The notes beneath the pieces were generated by a model that made no database searches, was not told the origin of the DNA, and was given only the letters and a program-made list of their open reading frames with translations. A program made the position numbers and the translations under genes. From NCBI GenBank assembly GCA_043228905.1, contig JBHGNT010000020.1, positions 13,330,001-13,394,000 of the forward strand: a stretch of 64,000 nt of DNA, in the 5' to 3' direction. Below are positions 38,801-50,876 of the stretch, in pieces. The stretch's first letter is position 1. Each line of letters begins with the position of its first letter. Origin of the DNA: Azolla caroliniana. Lineage: Eukaryota; Plantae; Polypodiophyta.

Positions 38801-40283
38801 TTTGCCTTGTGCTTCATCACAAACGCTTGTCCTTTTCCAGTCTTACCGGTTCCGGATCCTTCCAATCCTTCTCCTTAGTGCGAGCTTTGCCAATTCCCTT
38901 GTCCGGCCTTACTGGAACCAGATTTATTCGAATCGGCGCGCTTCTTCCAACACTCGCTTTCCGAGTGTCCTTTCTTGCCATAGTACCAACATTCCATTTC
39001 GGTTTTGAGTGCCACTTTGACTCCCCTTGATTGTGGAGGGTTCGGAACTGTTGTCAACACTATCTATGTGCCTCCGGTTCTGCTCTTGCCAGCCGCCGCT
39101 ATTGCGTGTCGATCCACCTTTTCCTCCATGCCCACAAGGCCGATCTACCTCCGTGTACAAAATCTGGTTGTTTGATTGACTGGTCCTCGACCCACTCGCG
39201 TGGTTTTCTTCGATCATCAACATAGATTGCACGTCGAAGAAGGACGATGGTTTCTCTCGGGTGCAACTCGTTGTCTGGATTGACCTTTACCGTTGTGCTA
39301 GACCACTGAGACAGATCTGAACCATCTCGTCCTCGTCCACTGTCACGTTGATGGAACGGAGCGCGTTGCACATCTCCTTGATCTTGGTGGCATAGTCGGT
39401 GACCAACATGTCTCGTTGCCAGATACTATTGAACTATTGTTGGAGTTGCAACTTCGAGCCATGGTACTATCGGCGAAAATCTTCCAGAGATTTTCCTAGG
39501 CCTCCTTCGGTGACTTTGCGTCTCTGATGTAGCCTAGCATCTGGTCGTGCACACAGGACGCGAGGTAGTACAACACTCTACTCGCTCCTTGCTCCCATGC
39601 CGGGAAGTCCTTGTGTGCCGAATCTTGCGCAACTACATTTGCTCCTTCCACGTAGCTCCAGTATCCATGCCCCAACAGGTACTGGTGCATTTTATACAAT
39701 CAGGACGCATAGTTGCTCTGGTCGAGCTTTTCTATTGGAAGCGAGCTCGCCATGCTTCTATCCATACCTTCTCTTTTTAGTTTGTTCTTTTACCGGTGGT
39801 TAGGGTTTGTCTTTAGAAGAAAACGCTTGTCGGTTGTAGAGGTTCTCAACCATCACGCTCTGATACCATGTCAAAGTTAATATGTGGAAGCTTTGACAAA
39901 CTAGTTTATACGGATAACAACAGAAAACAGAGACAAGGTTTAATGGAAGCTTGAATCACAGAGACAAAGAGTGGAGGAGACAGAGAGAGGAGAACAACAT
40001 AAACTCAATTCAAAATAATAATATTCTATACTATACAATGTGCTCAGTGAGCGCTTTTATACAAGTCCTTACACAGATTGACATGTACTTCAATGCTCAT
40101 ACGAGCGATTGACATTGACTCCTAAAAACATGCCTACGTACTAGGCTAGATTCGTAGGCCTCTAGCGGCCTACTGGTTCCAACCCGATCCAACTCTTGGT
40201 TCTAGACACCAACCGGACACTGATCCAGTTCTTTGTTCCGGACTCCGATCCGACTCTGGCATGTTCAGCAAATACGGATCTGG
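35886..40283 (-). mobile_element. Ty1/Copia LTR retrotransposon, degenerate and 3'-truncated within RNase H
   Basis: 5' LTR ~39869-40283, PBS TGGTATCAGAGC (tRNA-iMet) at 39857-39868, gag (HGYWSYVEG...DAKSPKEA), Zn-knuckle CWYYGKKGHSESEC, protease WYVDSGASNYM, LWHKQIGH, integrase LIHLDVLGP, RT KPIGYKWVYKVK and LYVDDL, RNase H VALSSTEAEY. Domain order is PR-INT-RT-RH, with many frameshifts and stops. Confidence 0.95.
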
Positions 40284-40284
40284 T

Positions 40285-40540
40285 TGAGCTTGTCCGCTCA
40301 ATACTCACCTTGCACCAAGCCTGTACTAGATGACATAACTCGGCCTGATTTGGACGACCTCCTACAACATAGATAATGATCGATTGTTGTTGCAGGAGAT
40401 CCACATCCATATGTAGCTTCTGTTTTGCATGAGGAGAGAGACAAAAGTCCACTGTGAGATCTGTGACCAAAGAGGAAGTGAAGGGCGATATACTGGAGTC
40501 CCTTATATGTGTCGTCGGGGCATCGAACTCCCTCGCCATG
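40285..40540 (-). mobile_element. Possible LINE ORF1 (DUF4283-like) fragment abutting the Copia LTR
   Basis: DVDLLQQQSIIIYVVGGRPNQAELCHLVQAW resembles the N-terminus of plant L1 ORF1; this is pattern recognition only. Confidence 0.4.
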
Positions 40541-41409
40541 TTTTTTGTGAAGCATGAGTATATTCAAAATGATGTCAATATTCTTCTCTTCAAACACGAA
40601 AAAATTTGAAAGGGATGATTAGTTACAAAACTCAAGTGGTGTCGCTTTAGTGGATATGTGAAGAGATAGAAGTCTTGAGAGAACCAAAACTAGTGCGAAA
40701 TATAGAGATGCATATTAATAGGCAAAACACATATGTGAGAAGTCAGCACTTTGAAGACCTCGAAGGAACAAGTCATGCTACATGTGTTCTGTGTGCATTA
40801 TATGCTATAGCATTAAGATATGAAGTCATTTTTGTTAATCGAAAATTGGAATGGTTTGGTCTATCAATACAAACCTTGCAAGAGACAAGTGCACTAGTGG
40901 AAATTTTGTATACAAGAAATTCAAGATGTGCATACCTTGACTCTCTCTATATACTTTATATTCATATGATGAGAGTCTACAATGTTTGATTTGACTAATT
41001 ATCATGATTGTGGAATAAGTATGTTTGTTAAAGTGGAAAGAAAATCATGAATAAGGTGTTTTTGTTTGGAACCATGAATTGTTTAGTAGTGTAAAACAAT
41101 CAGAACAAATAAATGAGCAAAAATGTTTGTAATTTAATCAACCAAATTCATAAATCATTACTTTTGGCATAGTGGTAAAGACCAATGTTGGTTTGGTTGG
41201 GCATGTCAAAAGAAAGTAATATTCTGTTAAGTAATAAGCATATCCAAAGTTTGAGGAATTAGAAATCCTAACAAAGATATTTGTCGGCCATGGAAATGTA
41301 AGGTTGATATCAATCGATGGATTTATGACGCTAAGGTAATTATTTTCTAATGTGTGGTCTAGTTATATCTATCATGCTAGTTATTAAAAGGTATGTCATT
41401 ATAGAATAT

Positions 41410-41840
41410 ATGCGGGATGTGCTTGAACAAACAAATGTTTATCCAATTGGGGTGGAAATATCTCATGTGAAACTTATTGAGTGGGTATCTAATAACTTGG
41501 AGGATAAGTTTATGTATTGGAGGTCTCAATTTTGGACTTTTCATGTACAATTGCGGTCTTTGTGGTATCTTGTTGCCTTCCTTTGCTACCATGGTTGAAG
41601 AAAGGTCTTGAAATGTTGTCACACTCAATGTAGATGTTATTATGGAAGAGAAGAGGTAAAAGTGTCATTTCATGGTTGACATGGGAGGATTTTTGTATTC
41701 TTAAGCATCTCGATGGGGCGTTAATATTAAATTTATATGAACATATGGTAGCTCTTTGGTTTACCGTCATGAGACGTATGTTTGAGGATGGACAACCTTG
41801 GATGAAAATGGTGGCATACAGTAAACATTCGAGTTAAGTG
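41410..41840 (+). mobile_element. L1-like LINE ORF2 fragment
   Basis: YPIGVEISHVKLIEWVSNNLEDKFMYWRSQFW is paralogous to the sequence at ~47560-47680 in the larger L1 copy. Confidence 0.75.
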
Positions 41841-42498
41841 CACACTTTAGGACAAACACTTTAGGGATTTTTACACATGAATTTTATTTTATTTCCTAGT
41901 TTTTCTTTTCTCTACGCATTTGAGAAAGCGTAGCCCCAACAACCACCAATCACAGCCTCTTCGCTCCTTAGTCAATCCCACACAACTACTCACGACGCTA
42001 CTGCTTCACCACATTGCAGGTACTATGTTTCGAATTATGAAGGATAGAAGTAGAGGGGGTCTCTCCACGGAGTGCTCAGAAAGGAACAAGAAAGGAAACA
42101 TCATTCATGTGCTCTCCATAAGTGACTACAAATTATCTACAAAAAGAGTAGAAAAGACATATTACAGCTTCTCCTTGGCCTGAATGAAAGACTAAACCTA
42201 AACCCAAATAGAATGGCTCCAGATGGTGCTGACTGATGCTAATTGTCATTGGTTTTGCCTCTGGGCAAGGTAGGAGCATAGACACACATTAAAGGAATTC
42301 ATGCTTAGAGCTTAGATTTAGGAAATCATAATGAAGGCTCTAATCACCTTAGGCAACCAACTACTTTGGCACATTGGGTGGGGCTCAAGGGTTGTTTAAG
42401 AGAAATTTTACTATCTTGGACATTAATTTTTAATGGATCCACATGTTATGCATGGACATAACTCTCATGCTAATTTTTAATGATATCTGATGACACAG

Positions 42499-42624
42499 AT
42501 AACTAGGCTTGTAAAATAAGAGACAAGTAAGACAACCATAGGAATTGGTTATGGTGCCAATGATGTGTGAATGATCCAATAAGCAGATATTGGCATTGGC
42601 ATAAGTGGGGTTGAAGGAATGCAA
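42499..42624 (+). pseudogene. Isolated pseudo-exon of a P4-ATPase (ALA phospholipid flippase)
   Basis: [39 protein letters not shown] matches the GDGANDV hinge segment. It is preceded by acceptor CAG, is 126 nt long and is followed by ATACT, a likely decayed GT donor. Confidence 0.85.
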
Positions 42625-42894
42625 ATACTATTTTTGGAACATAGTTTCAATTTGGTTCGATGTATTTTGTCATGAAACAATGTAATTTTTTTGAACAGGA
42701 TTTTGACATCCGTGATTTTTTTGAACTTGATTAGGCATTAGGCATTTGCTTAATATTAAAAGATTGATTATGATATCAACAAATGATGTTGATCATAAGT
42801 TGATTGACAAACATAAGTGAATGGAAGAAAGATTCCTAAAGGTAAAGAGTTACAAACCCATTACATGGTGATTACATGTGATGCGACAATTTGG

Positions 42895-43260
42895 TGTTCT
42901 CGATTGATGCTAGAAGCTAAGGTATTCATTTGGAGAGTTATGGTTGGAGCGTTACCAATGAGGAATACATTAAACAAAAGAAAGATTGCTAGTGGGATGT
43001 GCTTCTTTTCTCCAGTGAAATTGGAACATAGTAGGCATTGATTTGTTTCATGCCTAATGTTTAGAATGTGTTGGAGGTATATCATTTTAGTCTTTGATTG
43101 GAGTAAGTCTATCTTCATTTAGGTGGGTTTTTGCACATATGGATAACAAAGGAGTGATGCTTCATTTTCAATTTATTTTTTGACTTCTTGAGGTATCCAG
43201 GGCTATGTTTCAGATGGAACATGAGGAATGCCGTCACTTTTGATTCATAAGTTGGGGTGA
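42895..43260 (+). mobile_element. L1-like ORF2 C-terminal (zf-RVT) fragment
   Basis: AKVFIWRVMVGALP...CFFSPVKLEHSRH is paralogous to 48600-48740. Confidence 0.7.
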
Positions 43261-43499
43261 AGAACGTACCCTATGATTCAACTACAAATTGGATCAAAGC
43301 TTTTCATAAAGTTGGAAATGTAAATAATGTAAACAATTATCAAACCATTATGGTTGGTTAGATAATAGACAAACTATTTAGATGTATAATGGATCAAAGA
43401 TAAGTGCATGGGTTGAAAAAAAATGTTAGAGAGCTTTTGTCTCTTACCATTAATGGACAAACTATTTGGATGTATAATGGATCAAAGATAAGTGCATGG

Positions 43500-44870
43500 T
43501 GCGTTCAAAACACCATAACACCATCGATGACCTTGTCACCCTTTGAGTATAATTTAATGGAGGAAAGTCTCTTGATAGGTAATGGTTTTGATATGGTACC
43601 TTACAAGCATATTTGAAGACGAATGGAAGAACTCGAGGCGCCAACTGAATATATGCTTGCAATTTGCCGAATCTATTAGAAGGTTATATGTTGTGTGTAT
43701 ATGGGTGGTAGAATTTCGAATGTTTTTAATAACGCTATTGGTGTTAAGCAAGGATCCCCACTCTCACCAACTCTATTTGGCCTATACATTGATGCATGAG
43801 AACAAATGGTTGTCAAGAAATACCTTTTCGACAATTTGGTGACACTAGTGCTTCTCTATGGGGTGGAAGTATGGGGAGGTAGCATCCCTAAATCTAGTTG
43901 GAAAGTGTTTGAAAATGCCCGAAAGCATTCTTACAAAGTTTCTTCAAGTCAAGAAACAAACACCACAGACCCTCCTACTTCTTAAGATAGGATCACTTCC
44001 CATTGTGATTACGGCCATGAAAAGAGTTGTCAAATACATGCTTAAGGTTCAAAACAGTTTCTCACATCGACTTCCTAGAATCGCATGGGAAGCAACCAAG
44101 AAGATCTAAAGACACACAAAAGCAAAATTTTGTGTAACTCTAGTTGTATGCAAGACATAGAAAAATGGTTTGGAAGGTGGGGTGCAACACGTTTGCTTCA
44201 TGATGCATCACCTGATTTCTCTATAAATGAGGCCTTTTTGCAACGTCAATGTATCATGATTCATGACATGGGAGAAATGTGGTGGCTCATGCTTCACACA
44301 TTATACTACTTATGTTGCACCTAACTACAAAACATATTCTTTGTTGAACAGGGAAATTGTACACATCGACACATGTTAGAGTTCATCCCTTGGTCTACCA
44401 TCCGAACCATTGCTTCCATTCAACTTAGCTCACATGCATTACGATGTCGAGGCAATAGTGATTAATGTAGCCCACTATGCACACTTTGCACAAAACAAGT
44501 TCATGAGTGTAAGTATCACACTTTGATACAATACTCTACATTTGATCACATTTGATTATTCTTTCCACACATCTTCAACCAAACCTAATCCTTGCACGAA
44601 TTTCTCACAATCGCAATGTGCACGCTCGATTGAAACATTCATTAGTAAATTTCTTGAATAATCGAGAGTCACTACTCACTTCCACATGTCAACAAAGTAA
44701 AATTATCCTTGCACGAATTTCTCACAATCACAATGTGCACTCTCGATTGCAACATACTCACTAGTCTTCCACATGTCAACAAAGTAGGAGTGAGTGAGTG
44801 AATGTAATATTTTTAGTCTCATATGTCATATTTTACCTACGAAGCCGATAATAATATAAATTAATCAATC
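43500..44870 (+). mobile_element. RTE-like non-LTR retrotransposon remnant
   Basis: RT motif IGVKQGSPLSPTLFGLYID at ~43737-43793 with downstream LYGVEVWG- and RLPRIAW-like segments; ends in a gtctcatatgtcatattttacc...aatcaatc tail. Confidence 0.7.
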
Positions 44871-44879
44871 ATTCTCTTT

Positions 44880-45087
44880 ATCTTATCGTAATTAGCTTAC
44901 CCTATTGGTAAGTTATTACACTACAAGCCGCTATGTTTTGGGTTTGAAACACAATTTTACTCACCTCTCTATTATATACTCCATGCATATCTCTTAATTC
45001 ACTAGATGCCACAATGGAATGTAGGGGTTGAACCCATGAACACCTGGTCTCCATTGGGCAACCTTACCAACTGAGCTACATCCATCT
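44880..45087 (-). mobile_element. tRNA-derived SINE
   Basis: Minus strand GGATGTAGCTCAGTTGGTAAGG (A box)...GGGTTCAACCCC (B-box-like). The body is shared with the copy at 46541-46680, and a third head fragment lies at 45103-45128. Confidence 0.75.
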
Positions 45088-45128
45088 CGGCAGCTCACTC
45101 TCTCTTACCAACTAAACTACATCCATCT

Positions 45129-45228
45129 NNNNNNNNNNNNNNNNNNNNNNNNNNNNNNNNNNNNNNNNNNNNNNNNNNNNNNNNNNNNNNNNNNNNNNNN
45201 NNNNNNNNNNNNNNNNNNNNNNNNNNNN
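45129..45228. other. Assembly gap (100 N)
   Basis: Run of N. Confidence 1.
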
Positions 45229-46540
45229 ACACACAAAGTAGTGATGTTTCTAAAAATATTGTTGAAAGCGTGGGTTTGTTGGTAGAAGTTCCAAATCCAT
45301 GCATGTACATGACAACACATAATTGATTGGCTTTAAAAAAAACTATTAAGTGATAAATAATTAATAGTGAGACCATGTCAAAGGAAAATGATGTGGTCAT
45401 AGTAAAATGTATTGTCATCTTCAATCCTTGGCTTATGGAAAAGTTAAATTATAAGATGGACCAACAACCTTGAGATTACCCCCCTTGAGAAGCCTCATTT
45501 CGATTGTACCACTGTGTTTGATGAGTCTCGACTTGAGGCTCCAATTGCTCTTTATCATATTGGGGAGAGGATGTTTTAGCTTAGTGAGTTGTGAGGAATG
45601 TGGTATGTGGCAAGAGGCAAGAGGCAAGACAAGGTTGATGACTTCCAATTCTTTCAACGTGGGAGTGCCCTATCATTCAATGTGGTTTACTTGCGCCCTT
45701 GAAGTTCCATGACATAGAGACCAACCAAATTTGGTCCTCAAATTGTGGGACATGATGCAATGATCCAAACCCTAACATGAAGAAAGAATGATATCTATTT
45801 TGGATATCATGAGAATGCACTTAGATTCGTAGTGACAATTCACATCATGCAATTATCTCCTATAGGAATAAAAAATACTAGGAAAATTGTATAATTAATA
45901 TGGTTAAAAATTTTGATGTAGGATTAAATATGTTAATTGAATGAAAGATATGAAAGCAAATTGTAGACCAGAAAACAATATACAGAAAAACATATTGTGA
46001 TGCATCAATTGTGTGTTTACAATATTGTGATGCATCCATTGTGTGTCTTATCTATAAAAGTAAAAAAGTGGTACATAGTTCAACTTACTGTAAAATATAA
46101 AGGGGAAAATATTGGAAATAGCCTCTATATTAAGGGTAATACTAATTTTAACCCTAGTTCTATGAAAATGTCAACTTTAGCTTATTAAAAGAATGGTAAT
46201 GTCACATTAATATAATTGAGTGATAATTGATTCTGATGAAATAAATCATCTACTCTACTTCACTTTCCAACTCACATGCTTCGCCTTCCTCTGCCCGAAC
46301 ATCATGAACATCATGATGGCCTCTATTTGTCCCACACACACACATGCAAGCCACATTGACCACCTTAGAAGCATTAATTCATTTCTTCTTCATATCTTTC
46401 AACGTTAAGAATGAGAGATAAAGCTTGTGAGAGAGGGGGGGGGGGGGGGATGGCAAGCGATTAAGTGATACGAGTGAAGCATGTGAGTTGAAGTTCAAGT
46501 ACATAGAGTTGTAATTTGAGAGAGCAAAAGAGAGAGAGGA

Positions 46541-46680
46541 TGGATGTAGCTCAGTTGGTAAGGTTACCCAATGGAGACCAGAGTATAAATAGAGAGGTGA
46601 GGAAATTGGGTTTCGAACCCATGACGCAATGCTTGTAGTGTTAACAACTTACCACTAGGGTAAGGTAATTACTATAAGAG
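46541..46680 (+). mobile_element. tRNA-derived SINE copy with internal deletion of the B box
   Basis: ggatgtagctcagttggtaaggttacccaatggagacca followed by the same 3' body as the reverse complement of 44880-44980; flanked by (GA)n tracts. Confidence 0.72.
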
Positions 46681-46910
46681 AGAGAGAAAGAGAGAGAGAG
46701 AGATTGATTTTTATTATGACTCTTTGAGGTCAATTATTACCTATGAACTCTCTATGTTCAAGATTTTACTCTTGAGTGTTGGCAATTGGGGGTGCATATT
46801 ATGATTGTGACAGAAAGTTGTGTTGGGATTGAACTAGATTTACAATGTGTGAAAAGCAAAGTCAATTATAGTTGAAGTTGGGGCATTGTATCCAAGTGTG
46901 ATACTTGAAT

Positions 46911-46951
<41 letters not shown>

Positions 46952-47214
46952 CAAGTAGACATTGTTTCCTCAATGGGGTATTCACGTTTCCTCGATGGAG
47001 TATTCATCTTGCATATTGGCAATTCACCTACTGGTATGGTGGTGACCACAATCAAGTCTCATAACATTGTAGTGTTTTTCACAAACATTTATTAACATAA
47101 TTGTCCATTTTCACCAAAATGTGTTTGTGTTTGTGTGTGTGTGTGTTTGTGTGTGTGCGTGTGCGTGTGTGTGTGTGTGTTGAGAGAGACTGAGAGAGAA
47201 GGGTGAACCAAGAT

Positions 47215-49060
47215 TAGTGCGACAAGGATGTCCACTAAGCCCATTGTTATTTGCTATTATTACACATCCTTTATTAGTAAAGTTGTCAAATATTGCGATT
47301 AGTGGTGATATCGTGGGTTTGCATCTTCCTTCTGGTGGACAATTGGTGGCGCAAGCATTGGCTAATGATTCTTTTATGTTTTTACAAGACTCAAAAGAAA
47401 ATCTTGAAAGGAGTATGCAAGTTTGGGATCAATTTGCTTTGGCTTCAAGGTTGTATATAAATTGGAGGAAGTCTCACCTTATTTCTTGTACGGAGAGTGA
47501 TTTAGAATGTTGGGGATGACGAGGATCAGTGATTACACGAGGATCAATTTAACCACATTTGGGTTATCCATTGGGTGTTGATGTTGCAAATGTTCAATTG
47601 ATTGATTGGATTGGTAGTGAATTGAAGGACAAATTTATGTATTGGAAGTCTCAATGATGGCCCTTTCATGTATGACTCAAAGTGGTGCAATGTATCTTGA
47701 TACCCATGTTATTATATTTTTTGCCTTTACTACCTTGGACTAAGAAGGCATTACAAAACATGTTACAACCTATTTGGTTCATGTTGTGGCAGAAGGGAGA
47801 AATTATGGGAGTTACATGGATTTCATGGGACCATTTGGCTACTCCTAAATGGTTAGGTGGTGCAACAATATTGGATTTGGAAATGCATTTGATGGCTCGT
47901 AGATTTGCATTATTACGAGATATATGTCAACAAGATCAACCATGGACATCTATGATGCAATATTCTATTGAGCATGAAGTATTGGTGCACTGGAAAACAA
48001 AGATTCAAGCATCCTAGTGGTCATTACTCAATGGAAGTATTCCTCTAAAGATTCGACATTTTGTATGTGGACAACATTTGGTAAGATCATGGCAAGATGC
48101 ATTATCTCTTTTTGAATGGGGACTAGCTATCAAGTGATCGAGAATCTTGTAATTCATTACAAAATGAATTGCTTGTTTCTTCTCGAGTGTTGTTTTGGCA
48201 TGGGAAAGAGAAGTTGAGATCTCAATTCAATCGTTTATTTCGATTGGGGATTGTACATTTGAAAGATGTGGTTGATAATGAATCTCAACAGTTGTCAAAA
48301 TTGAAGATGTCAAGCAATGGTTATGTATTCCCCCAAATTATGGATTTATTTGGGAGGATTACAAGATATACCATTGTTGCAAGGAACTTTGCCATTGAAA
48401 ACAATTGTTGCACCTTGGGTGGATTGGCAATTACAAGATGGTACACGCTTGTTACAGGTCACTAAAAATATATTGTATCATCATGCAATGGCATCATTAT
48501 CTTGGTTATCTCCTAAAACAACGAAGTTGTGGAATGTATGTAAATCAGATGCAAGGTGGTGGAAAATATTGCAACGTGGTTGGCATTCCCATCTACCATT
48601 TCGTGCAAAAGTATTCTTATGGAGAGTCATGATTGGTGGGCTTCCATTAGGTTTGGCCTTAAAGAGATGAGGACTAGGGTCTGGCACTTGTTTCTTTTGC
48701 ACCGTTCCATTGGAGGATAGTACACATAGGTTCATTAAATGGCCTATAGCGTGTACCATTTGGAAATACTTATCGAACATTTGACAAGTTTTAACCCATT
48801 GTTGTTTGAGACCGCAACAATGGGTTTTTTCTCAATATGTTCAAAATGGTTCAAATGATGAGATGGAGATATTGTTCCAATTTTTACGTTATTGGGAACT
48901 ACAACACAATTTGAATATGCATAATGCTTTCATGTTTGATAATAGACATAGGGTGAAAGCGTATATAAAGAAGCTAAAAGGTATTCTAATGTGGAATTTT
49001 TGGATGTTAGAGCAAGTGGGCATCATTTCCTCAAATGCATATTCAGGTTTTTAATGGCAT
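47215..49060 (+). mobile_element. 5'-truncated L1-like LINE (RT to zf-RVT), degenerate
   Basis: RQGCPLSPLLFAI, ALANDS (ADD-like), LYINWRKS, HLGYPLG, PKWLGG, LPFRAKVFLWRVMIGGLPLG; multiple stops. Confidence 0.88.
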
Positions 49061-49145
49061 TACAGGACGTCCCTCTCTCTACCTAGGCATATGATAGGTA
49101 GAGGAGGCTAAGAAGTGTTGTAACTAAGTGGATTTTACATATAAT

Positions 49146-49926
49146 CATAGATTGACATATTCGCATTCGTGGGGCTTGCCCCACGAATTCTACAAACAGG
49201 AATATGAATGCATGTAAATGTATTCGTTTTCTTTTCTTTTAAAAAAAATAAAAAAATAAGAAATTGTTTTTTCCTGCGAGCGAGTGAACGAACAACGAGC
49301 AGCGAATGAGGAAGCCTCACCCTACTCCCTCCCTGTGTGTGCTGCCCTCGCTTCCCTCTACATATTGTTCTCGGCCAAAAAATTAAGGTTTCTTTGTCAT
49401 AGTCCTAATTTCGACAATATTTCTTTCTTTTGAGCCGCATCCGTAACTCCCTCTCATGCTCTATTCTAATCCTACATCATGTTCTCACCTCCAAACTTAG
49501 GCTTTCACTAATTAATTAACTAATATTTTTCAATTAATTAATTAATTTTTTAAAGAATTAAGATATGTATACATTATTAGTAAATTAATTAATGTATTAG
49601 TGAGTCAATTAATGTTTAAGTGAATTAATTAATTATGATATTAGTGAATCAATTAATGTTTAAGTGAATTAATTAATTATGATATTAGTGAGTTAATTAA
49701 TTATTGATGTATGTGTGTATATACATATATGACTGATATATGTGTGTGTGTACACATGTATGTATGTGTGTATATGTATATGTATATATCATATATGTAT
49801 GTATATGTGTACATGTAAATGTAAACGAATGGTTTTATAATATTCTTGGGGCCGTTTTATATTCTTAAATATTGCGAATATTATGGATGTCGAATACCAC
49901 GAATATTACGCATGGGTCAATCTATG
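49146..49926. mobile_element. hAT-family MITE (781 bp)
   Basis: 11-bp perfect TIR CATAGATTGAC...GTCAATCTATG; 8-bp TSD CATATAAT at 49138-49145 and 49927-49934. Confidence 0.88.
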
Positions 49927-50411
49927 CATATAATTAATATAATTGTGTGTTTTTACCAAAAAAAGAAAAAGAAAGGTGAACCATGAAAGGTGAAGTAAAA
50001 CAGGAAAGGAGTTCAAGGATTAAAATTGTCATAAAACCATATCAATTATTACATGACTTCTTTGGCATGAGCAATTTGTTAATTTCAATATCAATAGGGG
50101 TATAATTGGTATTATAGTTAATTTGCAAGGTTATTGTTTATATTTTATATATTACAAGCATCACGTAGAATACATTATTGAAATTTTGCAATTGATGGAT
50201 ATAATGGAATGAGAGACTACCAAAGTCATGATAGGCTATAGCCCACATCCACACATGTCACCCTTGAACATCGTCAACGCAAGTTTGCCTTGCCCAAGTC
50301 TAAAATTGTAGGATTATCTTATAACATGAGGTAGATGACTAAATTGTATCTTAAAATGATTGACCTTAGTTGTTGTCTCGTTATAAACAATTCCTTTAGT
50401 GACTTAGGAAG

Positions 50412-50876
50412 CAACAATCGGCAACGGTTTGGTTTGAACCGAGTTGAACCGCGGTTTAATGGCTTAACGGTTCGGTTCAGGTTCGGGTTTTTTTTAACGG
50501 TTCGGCTCGGTTTTAACAGTCAAAAACCGCGGTTTAAATGGTTTTTTTTTTAATCGTAAAAATTTTTTAAAAAATCTAAAAAATTTTAAATTTTGTTTTT
50601 AAAGAATCTTTTCATTTTTAGACCTTATTCTCACATTTTAGGAACATCTTTAAAAATTTTAAAAATTTTAAAAATGAAATATTATAAATTTAAAAAACTT
50701 ATAAATTTGACCTATGTTGAAAACCGAAACCGAACCACGAAACTGCAGTTTAATGGTTTTACGGTTTGAAAAATGTTTACCGGTTCGGTTCAAGTTTCAA
50801 AAAATTTTAACAGGTTAGTTTCAAACCAGTTCAGTTTGGACCCTCTCAAACCGAACCGAACCGTTGTCGATTGTTA
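50412..50876. mobile_element. hAT-family MITE (465 bp) with AACCG/CGGTT subterminal repeats
   Basis: TIR CAACAATCGGCAACGG...CCGTTGTCGATTGTTA; 8-bp TSD TTAGGAAG at 50404-50411 and 50877-50884. Confidence 0.92.

Noticed and set aside
45020-45087. Functional tRNA gene
   Set aside because: Anticodon and acceptor stems do not pair convincingly, and it is fused to a repeated 3' body, which fits a SINE head.
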